Shown one piece after another: positions 35,243 to 46,636 of a stretch of DNA of 64,000 bases. The stretch is taken from contig CM119265.1 of NCBI GenBank assembly GCA_051294375.1, forward strand, positions 6,829,489 through 6,893,488. The letters are read 5' to 3'. Source of the DNA: Paraspadella gotoi. Lineage: Eukaryota > Animalia > Chaetognatha. Made by a program: the position numbers and the translations under genes. The stretch's first letter is position 1; the number at the start of each line of letters is the position of its first letter. Under the pieces are notes generated by a model. That model was not told the DNA's origin. It saw only the letters and a list, made by a program, of their open reading frames with translations, and searched no databases.

Positions 35243-38200
35243 ATGTTCGTTTTTGCACGACATTGTCACAGACTCTTCATTTATTTGATATCGTTATCTT
35301 GCATCATTGACGGTCAGAACGCTGCTCAAAAACTCCAGCCCTGTAACCGTTTGCTTCCCGGCCAGTATCTTTGTCGTCCGCCAGAGATCGATGCTGGTAG
35401 GTTTTTGGTTGGTGTTGATTGTTGACTCACCGCGTCCCGACGTATTCAGTATCTGCGACTTCATTAATAAGTTTGTCATTGACGTCATTTTATTTATCCA
35501 GCTGGTCGCGTATTTCAATATTTTACTACACTGCGGCGCAAAAAAAAAGACACTTGGTAGCTTTAAATACACCACTATTTTTTTTTTAATTTTAAGAAAA
35601 TATATATGAAAAGTATAGCTCTTTTAAAGAGCTGTCGATTGGTGCAAGAAAAATTTGAATCGGTTCAATCAGTAGAATATAGCAAGACTTTAAAGTCGGA
35701 GTCTCAAAACAGAATTGGGAAAAAGTGATTTCCAAAGTTTAGTATTGATGACATTTACAATATAGAATTGCTTTTATTGCTTTTACTTTATTATTAAAAG
35801 ATTGTTTTTCTAAATAGTTTCCCTACTTATTTTAATTTGATTTAGGTTGAAAATGGTTGACACCTATCCTTACAGATATTTGATCCTGAATTTGTTCAGC
35901 TAATTTCATATTATAAATATGAAATTGGTACAACCAATATAAAAATTATCCATTCATTTAATAAATAAGCTATCTTGCCCCTGACTTTGGACAGGCTTTG
36001 GTGGTTTAAGGCCTCCATCACTCTTACAAGATAATGACATAGCAGGTCCCTGCAAGCTTTCAATCAAGACTCTCTCACAGTCTCGTTTATTCACTCCCAG
36101 AGTACCTGGCTTCCCTATCAATGAAGTGGTATAATATTCAAAGAATGTTTCAATTGTATGAAAAGACCACTCCCTTATATTATAATAAGGAAAAGTTAGA
36201 GACTCTTCTTGATTAAAATGAATTTATTCTCGTCAGATGTTTTGTACCAATTGACTGACGTCCTATAACTTTCGAACGCTTCGAAAGCTTTGATCGATGT
36301 TAATGGGACCTGGACCAATCGCTTTGTTTTATGTTTCTATATCTCAGTGAAATTCATCCATCCAATATAGTTTTTTCAGTGTGAAAGAAGTGTCTTCTTT
36401 TTTTTGCGCCTCAGTGTATGTATTTGTCTCTTCTTTGGAATTTTATTGAATTGTTGACGTAATCTTAAATAAATATAAATTCGACGCGAGTATCCGCGAG
36501 CATGCGACAATTGTCATCACTGACACCCCAAACCTTCAGCGACGCAGCAACCCGTCGGTTGTACGGACAATGTGGCCCTCGTGTCCTGCTACCCGGCGCC
36601 TAGCATCTCGTGTTGCCGAGACACATCTTCTTCCGGCGACTGCGTCGACGTTTTCACCCAAATCTCCCGATCGGAATCGGACGTCGCTGGCGACGTCAGC
36701 CTCCCTCTCAATTTTACGGACGCCTTCGAGAGGAAAATTCCGTGTGTGTCAACCGAAGGACATCGCTTCGAAACCGCGCTCCTTCTCTCCGTATTTCTCG
36801 GTTAGTGATCGAGACTCGAAAATTTAAGCCGGAGACAAATAAGGGTTTTCTGCTTATTAGGTCAAACGAACCTTTTATTTTTTTGCACTTGGTAAGAAAC
36901 AATACTTCTCAAGATTTTTTGAATAGCGAGCTGAGCAGGGCGATCTTTGCTTTTTTTTTTGCGAGTAAACTTTTCTTCTCCTCCGAGACATTTGTCGGCC
37001 TTCCACCCAGCGCTGCTTTTAAAAAAATTCGTATCACTATTATTAAAAAAGATAAAACAAATTATCGTTTATTTTTGTTTTCTCTGTCTTTATACCAAAT
37101 GAAAGGACCGCTGTTGGACTCAAATCATCACCGCTATCCAACTAATTTTATATACATTAGACTTCATATTAGAAAATGTGTAACTCTCGCTCTTTCCCCT
37201 TTTCGAACCGAGAATCGGTTCTGACCAAATCATTAAACAAATATGATACCATTTTGCGTACAGTATCCCAATGGCCGTACAAATGGGACTATCGAGGCGA
37301 TTTTCAATATTTTACCCCTGAGCTATGATACAGGGGTCACCCCAGGGGGACAAAAAATGACAATGTTTTTTTCAAGAAAATGGTATCATTTGCATTGTCT
37401 CAACTTTGTAGAAAAACCATTTTAAAACGAATTTTAAAAAATGTAAATTTATTTTTCTTCTTTTGAACATTGTTAGTCCATAATTTTAGATCTCAGTTTT
37501 GCTCCCCTAACGGAAGTTGGCATGAACCTCCTATGTTCATGATCCTGGAAATAGAGCAAAAATTGGTTTTTAACAATAATAGATTTACTTTTCAGGACAA
37601 ATAAACGTTTCTGCAACTATTTAGGATAAAAAAAGTTTGAGCAAACAATGTCGGATCTGCCTACGATAATTAAGCGGTAATCAGCAAATCAGATGATAAA
37701 TCACGATAATTCTTTCAATTTGTGATCCTACCTGATCATAACAGATCCTACCGTACCAAACCAATATATTCTTTAACTTGCATCATATTTTCAAATGACA
37801 TCATTTTTTCACGTTAATTAATTAATTAAACCATTTATGAGCGAGCATGAATAATAAAAATTCAAGTCAAATTTACTATAGTTTTTTCCATGCAAACTCA
37901 TTTCCACTTCTCCACTTTCTTACCCACACAAAATATTATATCTCAATCTATCCAATTGTTTATTTAGATTAATTAGATTAATTATGGGTTTAAAATAGTA
38001 AAAAGATTCGAGTAAATGTAAATGTTTTTTCCATTTAAATTAATTTCCATTCGTACGATTCCATCAAAACTTTATATCCAGCTTCGTCACACACTTTCCT
38101 ACCATTACACAAAATTTCATTTCAATCTATCCATCCAATTATGATTAATTAGAATAATTATAAGTTAAAATTAGTAAAAAGATTCAAGTAAATGTGACTT

Positions 38201-39513
38201 AGGTTTTTTTCCATTTAAACTCTTTTCCACTCACACGATTACATCGAAACTTTATATTCAATTCAATCACACAATTTCCTACCCACACACAAAATTTAAT
38301 TTCAATCCATCAATCCAATCACGAGTAATTGGAGTTTTTTACTAAGGTGGGACGGCCGGACGGACATAGTTTTTTGGCATAATTTATCACAATTCGATGT
38401 CCTGACATGATTTAAGTGAATACCCGATAAGATTGTGGGGGCTGACCGACTAAGTGAATTATATAGTCGGAATTTGTTCATAAGCAAATCCGACTAAAAA
38501 TTAAAAAAATTTGGAAAAAAAATTTGTCCATTTTTAGCCCACCTAGGCTGACCTACCTTTTAAGGGCCCATATTTCGGGGTCATAGGTCAAATTTAAAAA
38601 ATCTCATTTTTATTGCCCTGTAGTTACAAGTTCATGCATAATTTCATCATTGTCGGTCTAGTACCTTGTTTGATCGGAACCGATTCTCGGTTCGAAAAAA
38701 CGAAAGGGCATTTTCTAATATGAAGCCTTCTGTATTTAGATTAACTGAAATTAGTATTATATTTTTACTCGCGAGGTCTTCACTATTTTGTATACCGACT
38801 AATTTCTTCCTTCGTAGTTCGGTATTATTTTTCTGATTTATTTTTTTCTACGACTGCATCCACTAATTTCTCTTCTCGATAATCATTCTTTAAGTATGCT
38901 TTAGGGGGCCCCCACCTTGCCAACGTCTTAGCCTTTTTTTCTCTCAGTCGGTGAAAGTTCACTCGATCCTTTTGTCGGTTGAACGAGTCCCCATCGTCTC
39001 AAATCGGAGAGGAGTAAAAAAAAATAATCGAATCCGAAAACAAATATATACGTAGTCGAGTTGAAAATAGTCTTCTTCTGAGATGGGGAGAAGACGGAAA
39101 GAGTCGAAATGTTTCTTAAAGACTCCTGATAAATCAAAAAAACGTTTCATTTTTTCGCTTTATTTCTCCGTTTTAACTTATGCGAATTGCTTTTATACTC
39201 GACTCGATTTATTATCGTTGTCCCTTTCCCCCCCTTTTCCCTTCCGCCCCCCCATCTCCCTCCTTCCGATTTTCCTCTTCTAGGCATGTTCGGCGCGGAT
39301 AGGTTTTACCTCGGCTATCCTGCGCTCGGTCTGATCAAGTTCTGTACTCTGGGATTCTTTTTCCTAGGTCAGTTGATCGACGTGATCCTGATCGCGACGC
39401 AGGTTGTCGGGCCGGCCAGCGGCAAGGGATACGTTATTGATTTTTACGGACCAAAACTGAGCCGTCTTGAAGTGAACGAACTCACCTATTTCTACGCCGA
39501 CTACGAAAACTAA
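35243..39513 (+). CDS. TM2D1: TM2 domain-containing protein 1 (BBP-like); exons 35243-35396, 36540-36800, 39284-39513
   Basis: Signal peptide, C..LLPGQYLC..PEID|ATQQPVGC, FETALLLSVFLG|MFGADRFYLGYPALGLIKFCTLG. Introns expanded by repeats. Confidence 0.92.
35529..36416. mobile_element. Tc1/mariner-type non-autonomous element in TM2D1 intron 1
   Basis: TIRs CACTGCGGCGCAAAAAAAAAGACACTT and AAGTGTCTTCTTTTTTTGCGCCTCAGTG with TA flanks. Confidence 0.8.
37155..38732. mobile_element. Related composite TIR element in TM2D1 intron 2
   Basis: Ends CTTCATATTAGAAAATG and CATTTTCTAATATGAAGCCTTCTG (shared with the 42575 element); subterminal IR TTTTCGAACCGAGAATCGGTTC / GAACCGATTCTCGGTTCGAAAA. Confidence 0.75.
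37905..38330 (+). repeat. Diverged tandem repeat, about 180-bp unit, roughly 2.5 copies
   Basis: Recurrent ACACAAAAT...TCAATC.ATC...AGTAAAAAGATTC.AGTAAATGT...TTTTTTCCATTTAAA blocks near 37925, 38107 and 38287. Confidence 0.7.
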
Positions 39514-39529
39514 ATGATCACGAGTAGCG

Positions 39530-39617
39530 CTCTATTTCTTTCTCTCTATTTCTTTCTCTCTCTTTCTTTCTCTCTCTCTCTCTCTCTCCCTCTCTCTCTC
39601 TCTCTCCCTCTCTCTCT
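39530..39617 (+). repeat. (CT)n microsatellite
   Basis: Direct observation; a similar tract lies at 43311-43375. Confidence 0.9.
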
Positions 39618-39868
39618 GTGGGTGAAAAAAAATTACCCTCAAGCGAGGCCGCGAATGTGTATGCCCTTTGCCTTGGATGTTGAACTAATAAAATTAATTG
39701 GTCCTTCGCTGCGCGATGATACATTTTTTTTTTTTTTTTTCATTTGAGTTTCGATTTTTTTTCATTTCGTTCAGGGTAGTAACTCACTTTTTTTTTGCTC
39801 GGTTACAAAAAAATTTCAAAAAAGGGGGGGGAACCAAATTAAAAAAAAAAAAAAAAAACAAACTAAAA

Positions 39869-42800
39869 ATGAGGTTCTCTTCGGAAGAGGGTCAACCTCT
39901 CGCGAACCCTTCATCCCTCGTCTTTTTCCGCTCCGACGAGGGTCTTTACCTCCTCGTCCTCTTCCTCTCCTTGGGGGCGGGATTCGCGATACGTCGGATC
40001 GCGGACGGACCACGCAAAGGAATCGTCGCTTCCCTCTCTGGTTTCGCGTTGATCCTCGGACTCTGCGGTGCCGACGCTCTTTACTCCCTGGTGGCGGCGG
40101 CGATCAACACCGTCGTCGTTCGGCGCTGCGGGCGGCGCCGTCACGTCGCCAGCTTCCTTTTCGCCTTTGCATTTTTGGGCGCCTTTCGATGCGCCGACAG
40201 ATTTGGACTACCGACGCCTCGTCCCCTTGCCAACGCCGTGCAACTTGTTTTAACGCTAAAGATGGTCGCTTTGGCTTTCGAAGGTGATTTGAATGTTTGT
40301 TATTGACTTTAGATATTATTAATTTTTTGGGTTATCAATCGCTCAAGGCGGATATATTTTTAGCTTGGTTTAGATTTTCATCGGCATGAAATTGAAGCGA
40401 TGAGCATTTACTGTTTATAATTTGTAACTAACTTTTTAAACTGTGGCTGTAGCATGATGAGTTTGTCCAACAACACCTCTCAGCCAATCCCCGTTGGGGT
40501 TTAAATCCTGAATTCGATTCTTTTGATTGGCAAAACAAAATTGTGGCCGAAAGCGGGAAGTCGGGGTTCTTGTGTGATTACGCGTACGGAAGATACTTTT
40601 ATTATATTATATAGATAGCTTATTTATTAAATGAATGGATAATTTTTATATTGGTTGTACCAATTTCATACTAAATAGTGACGAATAAATATTGTTAATG
40701 CTACAATTTAAAAGAAAAAAATTTTTTTTTTTATGAATCGATCGTGGGATAATTTTTAAAAAAATTACGTTAAAAGATTTCACATTCGTCTTCGCGATTT
40801 CGAGATTAACAACGACCAGATGAAACGCTAAATCGAAGAAGAATTCTGTGATATTATCTCCTAAGTTAAACAATTTTATTATCCGAATTAAATTAATTGA
40901 AGGTGACGGTCGAAAGAGAGTAAACGAAAGATGAGAAATTATTGGGACGGACGTGAGTGTTCGAAATATTGAAGTTGCAGCGATGAATAAAGAGCGAGGT
41001 AAAGCTTCGGAAGAAAAGTAATTTCGTCTCTATTGTCGATATCTCCTCTTATCTCAAACTTGAATCGGCCAACATTTTCTGTTTCTCTCTTACAAGTTAT
41101 ACTCCGCTTCTAGACTGGCTATAAATTAAAAAAACAATAAGATACTTTTTAGTCGGTCTGTCTGATAGAACATGAAATATTTTACAAAATTTAAATAGAA
41201 TATTATTCGATTATCAATATCATATAGGTAGAGCCAAACTTTGTCAATGGGATGGGTCAGAATTTTTTTGGGGAACCTTCCCAACTTCATACATTTCTGA
41301 GAAAGCTTTCAATGGACCAAAATTTTCTAAAATGGCTAGAAGCACTAGTAATTAACTTTTGAATATTTATTTAATATTTATAGATAGGAAATGTCAAAAA
41401 AATTTATTTTTATTTTTAAAAGCAGATTCAGATAGCTTATAAAAAGTTGTCTACACAAAGTATAATTCTTTTTTCAATATTTTGATGATAAGTTGGTTAA
41501 AATTGAGAAAAACCTGAAAAAATCATCATCATCCGATCATTTTAGCAGTTTTTTTTGTTGTTTTTTTTTTCAGTAATAAAACATCAAAATTTAAAAAAGT
41601 TGTAATTACATATTTTGCTTAACTTTTTGATCTCTATCAGAATCAATTAAAAAAACTTAAAATATCTAAAAAAATTTTTTAAAATCACACACTTCCCTAC
41701 CCACACAAAATTTCATTCCAATCCATCCCTGCAATCACGAATAATTGCTAAGGTGGGACGGACGGACATCGTTTTTTTGTTTTTTTTTGGCATTTTTTTT
41801 TATAATTTATTATATTTCTATATTTTGATATGATATATGTGAATGCCCGACACGATTGAGGGGGCGGACCGACGGGCCGACAAAGTGAATTATAGATTAT
41901 TATATTATTATTATTATTATTATTATAGATTATAGCAGATCCGACTAAAAAAATTGTATTTTGTTAACAAACAACGATTTTTCACATTATAACAAACTGA
42001 AAATCATTTAAATCGCGCTGATGAAGACTTACAAATAAGTCGAAACATGTCCGTTATAAATGATTAAATTAGTAAGCAAATATGTTCTTCCCTCATTCCA
42101 GTTAATGACGCCCACGAAGCTAAGGCGATAATTGAATCCGTGGGCTTCGAGGACAAGGCCGTCCTGATTCGGCTCGAACGTTTGCGTCGAGTCGGGGATC
42201 CAACCTGGCTTCAATCTTTCGGCTATTACTTTTGCTACGTTGGCGTCTTCACTGGACCCTTCTTCAAATACGGGACTTATCTCGACTGGCTCGACGATTC
42301 GGATCGAATTCGAAGCCTTTCGACCTTGCCGTTTCTTTTGCGAAATCTCGCCCCGCTTCCCGCCGTCGCCGTCGTCCATCTGGTGACGAAGATATATTTT
42401 CCGCTCGATCACGTTGATACGCCATCGTTTGCTGCTGAGCCGTTTTGGCGAAGAGTGTTTTACATGGTCCCGACGTTTATCGTGTTTAGAACCCGAATGT
42501 ACGTTGCCTGGCTTTTGGCAGAGTGCGTCGCTATCGCTGGTGAGTTACCTCAATCAGAAATATTGAAAGAAATACAGAAGGCTTCATATTATAAAATGAG
42601 GTACCCCTTTTTTGTGACCAGAACACGTTCGGAGAAAACTATTTTACTCTTCCACAAAAACGTATTTATTTAACGTATTTATTTCCACAAAAATATTAGT
42701 TTTCCTTAAGTTTCAGCTTCATGAACATCAGCGGTTCGCGTCAGATTTGGAATAATTCGGGAAAATAGAGCGAAAAACGATTAACCATGCATCTTCAAAC

Positions 42801-43340
42801 ACCAATTAATTAGAAAAAAATTTATTAATTTAAGTTTTAAAAAAGATTTTTATATGTTTAAGACATCGATGAACCTGATTCTACTGAAAAAATATTATAA
42901 TTAAAAAAACAAATTTTTAGCATTTTTTGGCCCCCCGGGGTCCAGCCCCAGGGCCCTGTTTCTCTTGTCAGGGGTTGAATATTAAAATTCGCCTCGATAG
43001 TTTCATTTATATCGTCATTAGAACTCTAAATGTAAAATTTCATGAAATTCGATCCGATAGTTTGGTGGGAACAGATTCTGGTCACAAAAAAGGGGTACCT
43101 CATTTTATAATATGAAGCCTTCTGTACACTATTTTAATTAAAATTTTAATTCGTCTTCCTCGTCTTTCAGTTTAAAGTAAAGTGAAAAAGGCAGTCAAAA
43201 TAAAGAGGGATCCGAAGGGATCCTGAGGCAAAGAGAGTGCATAATCCTGAAACGGACAGACGATTGTTCTGTAACTGGAAAAAGTACTTGTAATTTTGCA
43301 GTTAAAATGAGTCTCTCTCTATCTCTTTCCTTTTTCTCTC

Positions 43341-43375
<35 letters not shown>

Positions 43376-44535
43376 GAAAAGCTCTTTCTCACAGGTTTAA
43401 GAGGATTGCCTTTCGTCTTATCCTCATCTTTTGTTCACAGCCGCTTTCGGAGCGTACCCGAAGAAAAGCCAGTGTCGTCCGGGCGAAGGCCCTCGAGATT
43501 TGATTGCGCTCAAAGAAGCCACGTCGTCCGATGTCTCAGCCGAAGAATACGATTTCGTGGCCATAAAAAATATCGACATTAAAGGTTTTTCCCTCGCTTT
43601 TATGGTATTCTTTTATTTTTTGCAGTTTGTATATTTTTAATTCTAAATTTTTTTTATTTTCTCCATTTTTATTTTACGTTATATAGCTGCTGGTTAAGAT
43701 ATATTTAAACCCTTAAATTTTGACGTATTATACATTTTATTTTTGTCTTGGTTTTGATTTTGCTTTAAAAAATTAATTCTTTGCTGTTCAACGCCATTGC
43801 GTTAGGCTTTACGGTTTAAATAATTAAATTATTTGTTTGCTTTGTAGACGATTTTATTCTTCTGTTTTGTGTATTAGTTTTTCTATTATTCACGTTTATT
43901 TTTACTCAATTTGAAAAAAATCTTGCTTCAAGTAATAATAATACGGAGTTTACATAGTAGGAGTTATAAATTGTTATAAATAGTTAAATAGTTTTGAGGT
44001 GCTTATTTTATCGTTGCATGAACTGATTTCACCTATTTCCCGCCTTCATTTCGTTTTGTTTTCATTAGGCGTTGAATTGGAGCCGACTGCTCGCGGCGCT
44101 ATGCGGTGTTGGAATATGTCCGTTCAATTTTGGTTGGCGCAGTTCGTTTACAAACGCTTTCCCATTCGCTCTTTGGGAACTGCCGTGACCATGCTCGTCT
44201 CAGCCTACTGGCACGGCGTCCACGCTGGATACTATCTCAGCTTTCTCACGGTGCCGCTGGTCGTCGCCGTTGATGATGCTTGGGGCGCCTCCCTTCGCCA
44301 CCGGCTCGACTCGTGGCATAGAGGAATCTTCGATTGGGTCTCCTGGTTCTTGCGATGTCGCGCATATGACTACATGTGCATGGGATTTTTGTTACTCTCC
44401 TACGATAGGACGATGGCCTATTGGCGTTCTATTTACTTCGTCGTTCATATCGTTTACTTCATTCTTTTGTTGGCCGTGATTCCACTTAAAACGCTTTCTT
44501 CGATGTTCAAAGAGGATAGTGCCCGCAAAATCTAA
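39869..44535 (+). CDS. MBOAT7: Lysophospholipid acyltransferase 7 (MBOAT7/LPIAT1); exons 39869-40283, 42102-42539, 43441-43584, 44069-44535
   Basis: NAVQLVLTLKMVALAFE, YVGVFTGPFF, RMYVAWLLAEC, GAYP...CRPGEGP, WNMSVQFWLA, SAYWHGVHAGYYLSF. Confidence 0.92.
41239..41665 (+). repeat. Interspersed repeat family A, copy 2 (MBOAT7 intron 1)
   Basis: Colinear similarity to 11945-12385. Confidence 0.85.
41685..41950 (+). repeat. Interspersed repeat family C (GGAC-microrepeat, HINE/DINE-like appearance); other copy at about 38270-38500, related reverse fragment at about 10560-10700
   Basis: Shared CCTACCCACACA.AAATTT, CTAAGGTGGGACGG..CGGACAT, GAAT.CCCGA...GATTG.GGGGGC.GACCGAC, AGCA.ATCCGACTAAAAA. Confidence 0.7.
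42002..42065 (+). ncRNA. Type I hammerhead ribozyme motif in MBOAT7 intron 1
   Basis: AATCATTTA-AATCGCG-CTGATGA-A-GACTTA-CAAA-TAAGTC-GAAA-CATGTC-CGTTA-TAAATGATT: full core, 6-bp stem II, stem I extended by a 9-bp distal helix. Confidence 0.8.
42575..43124. mobile_element. Young Tc1/mariner-type MITE in MBOAT7 intron 2
   Basis: About 49-bp perfect TIR CAGAAGGCTTCATATTATAAAATGAGGTACCCCTTTTTTGTGACCAGAA, TA flanks. Confidence 0.9.
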
Positions 44536-44625
44536 ATGTTAAAAATAATTATCAATCTCATCGGAATTTCGTTATTTTAATCGTTTACTATATATTTATA
44601 TATTCCTGTCCCAAGTTTCTGAACA

Positions 44626-46323
44626 ATGATTAGGACGCTAGGAAATAGATATTCACGAAATCATCACTCCTTCGTCATTCGATGGATCTCGCGTGGACTG
44701 ATCTCGTCCCCTCCCACTACCAACCTGTTCAAATGGAAGGAAGAAGAGAGCGGCGGCTACGCCAGCGTCACCGAAGGATTAAAGCACGTCTACAAGACAA
44801 AATTGTTGCCGCTTGAGCAGCACTATAAATTTCATGATTTTCATTCTCCCCTGCTGCAAGACGCCGATTTTGACGCGTTGCCCATGATTATGTTGGTCGG
44901 GCAGTATTCGACTGGAAAGACGACATTCATTCGCTATCTTCTCGAGAAAGATTTTCCCGGCATCCGCATTGGTCCCGAACCCACGACCGACAGGTTCATT
45001 GCCCTTATGTACGGACGCGAAGACGGCGTCGTTCCGGGCAACGCTTTGGTCGTCGATCCAACGAAACAGTTCAAGCCTCTCTCCAAGTTTGGCAACACAT
45101 TCCTCAACAAGTTCCAGTGTTCGATTACGGATTCCGAGGTTCTTCGCTCCCTTTGCGTCGTGGACACGCCGGGAATCCTATCCGGGGAGAAGCAACGAGT
45201 CGATCGCGGTTACAACTTTTCAGGCGTCATCGAATGGTTCGCCGAGCGGGTCGATCGGATCCTCTTGCTTTTTGACGCCCACAAGTTGGACATTTCCGAC
45301 GAATTCAAACGCGTCATCGAGAGTCTCCACGGCCACGACGATAAGATCCGCATTGTCCTAAACAAGGCAGATTTAGTAGATCACCAGCAATTGATGCGAG
45401 TCTACGGGGCTTTGATGTGGTCTCTCGGAAAAATCCTTTCTTCGCCCGAAGTTGCAAGGGTCTACACGGGGTCATTTTGGGATCAACCGCTGCACATTGA
45501 CACCAACCGAAGACTCTTTGAGGCTGAAGAACAGGACTTGTTCAAAGATCTTCAATCGCTTCCGAGAAACGCGGTTCTGCGAAAACTGAACGATTTGATT
45601 AAGAGAGCACGGTTAGCAAAAGTTCATGCTTATATTATTGGTACTTTGAGGGCTGAGATGCCTATGCTCTTTGGGAAGGAGGACGCCAAGCAAAGATTGA
45701 TCCTTAATCTTGATAAGATCTACAAGCAGATCGAATCAGACCACGGTTTCTCGCCAGGGGATTTTCCCAACATTGACAAGATGAAAGAGGTGTTGCAACA
45801 GCAAGAATTTAACAAATTTAATACTTTACACAGAGATTATATCGTTTCTTTGGATACCATGTTGGAAAACGACATTTCCAACCTCTTGGCAGCAATTCCT
45901 ATGGAGTCGCCAAAAGCGTCAGAGAAAAGTGGATCTCATGGAGACAATATGGATACCCTGTTGACAAGAACATCTAAATCGCCATTTAAGCTGGGTCACC
46001 AGCTGGATACCGTCAAGGATGGTCAACATTGGATAGTTGACTTCGAGCGTGAACCGTACGACGTTATGTTCGACTCACTCGATCCTGTCAATGGAAAAAT
46101 AAGCTCCACCAAAGCCAAAATCCACTTTGACAAATCAAAGCTTCCCAATTCTGTTCTGAACAAAGTTTGGAGATTGGCCGATGTTGACCAGGATGGCATG
46201 TTGGACCGTAACGAGTTTTGTCTGGCAATGTATCTTATTTCTATAAAACTTAATGATAATGATCTTCCCGATTCACTCCCTCCGCATTTGATTCCCCCGG
46301 ATAAAATTAGACGTGTGGGCTAA
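44626..46323 (+). CDS. EHD1: EH domain-containing dynamin-like ATPase (EHD/RME-1/Past1); single exon
   Basis: GQYSTGKTTFI P-loop, RIGPEPTTDRF, DTPGILSGEKQR, LNKAD, C-terminal EH domain (KLPNSVL.KVW.LAD). Confidence 0.93.
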   Translation: MIRTLGNRYSRNHHSFVIRWISRGLISSPPTTNLFKWKEEESGGYASVTEGLKHVYKTKLLPLEQHYKFHDFHSPLLQDADFDALPMIMLVGQYSTGKTTFIRYLLEKDFPGIRIGPEPTTDRFIALMYGREDGVVPGNALVVDPTKQFKPLSKFGNTFLNKFQCSITDSEVLRSLCVVDTPGILSGEKQRVDRGYNFSGVIEWFAERVDRILLLFDAHKLDISDEFKRVIESLHGHDDKIRIVLNKADLVDHQQLMRVYGALMWSLGKILSSPEVARVYTGSFWDQPLHIDTNRRLFEAEEQDLFKDLQSLPRNAVLRKLNDLIKRARLAKVHAYIIGTLRAEMPMLFGKEDAKQRLILNLDKIYKQIESDHGFSPGDFPNIDKMKEVLQQQEFNKFNTLHRDYIVSLDTMLENDISNLLAAIPMESPKASEKSGSHGDNMDTLLTRTSKSPFKLGHQLDTVKDGQHWIVDFEREPYDVMFDSLDPVNGKISSTKAKIHFDKSKLPNSVLNKVWRLADVDQDGMLDRNEFCLAMYLISIKLNDNDLPDSLPPHLIPPDKIRRVG

Positions 46324-46636
46324 TAGGAATTTTTATAAGCACATCGTTATTGCAATCCACCGCGGATATATTTAATAATATACCTTGTTACAAATATACT
46401 GTTGCTGTTTTAGGTTACCTATGAAATTTTATGATTCACGCATGAAAAAAATGAGCACATTAATATTCAACTGTACCAAAGATGTCTCCATAACTTGCAA
46501 TGAGCGTGGGCCGAGCTGGCCCTCGCCCCCCTCGTGAACGGTAATCCGGCCTTTACAAAAAAAAAAAAAAAAAAAAAAAAAACAAACAAACAAAAAAAAA
46601 CAAAAAAAAAACGAACTTTAATACTTGGTCGCCAAA

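Noticed and set aside
37905-38330. CRISPR-like or other prokaryotic array
   Set aside because: The context is eukaryotic and the units are long diverged tandem repeats without unique spacers.
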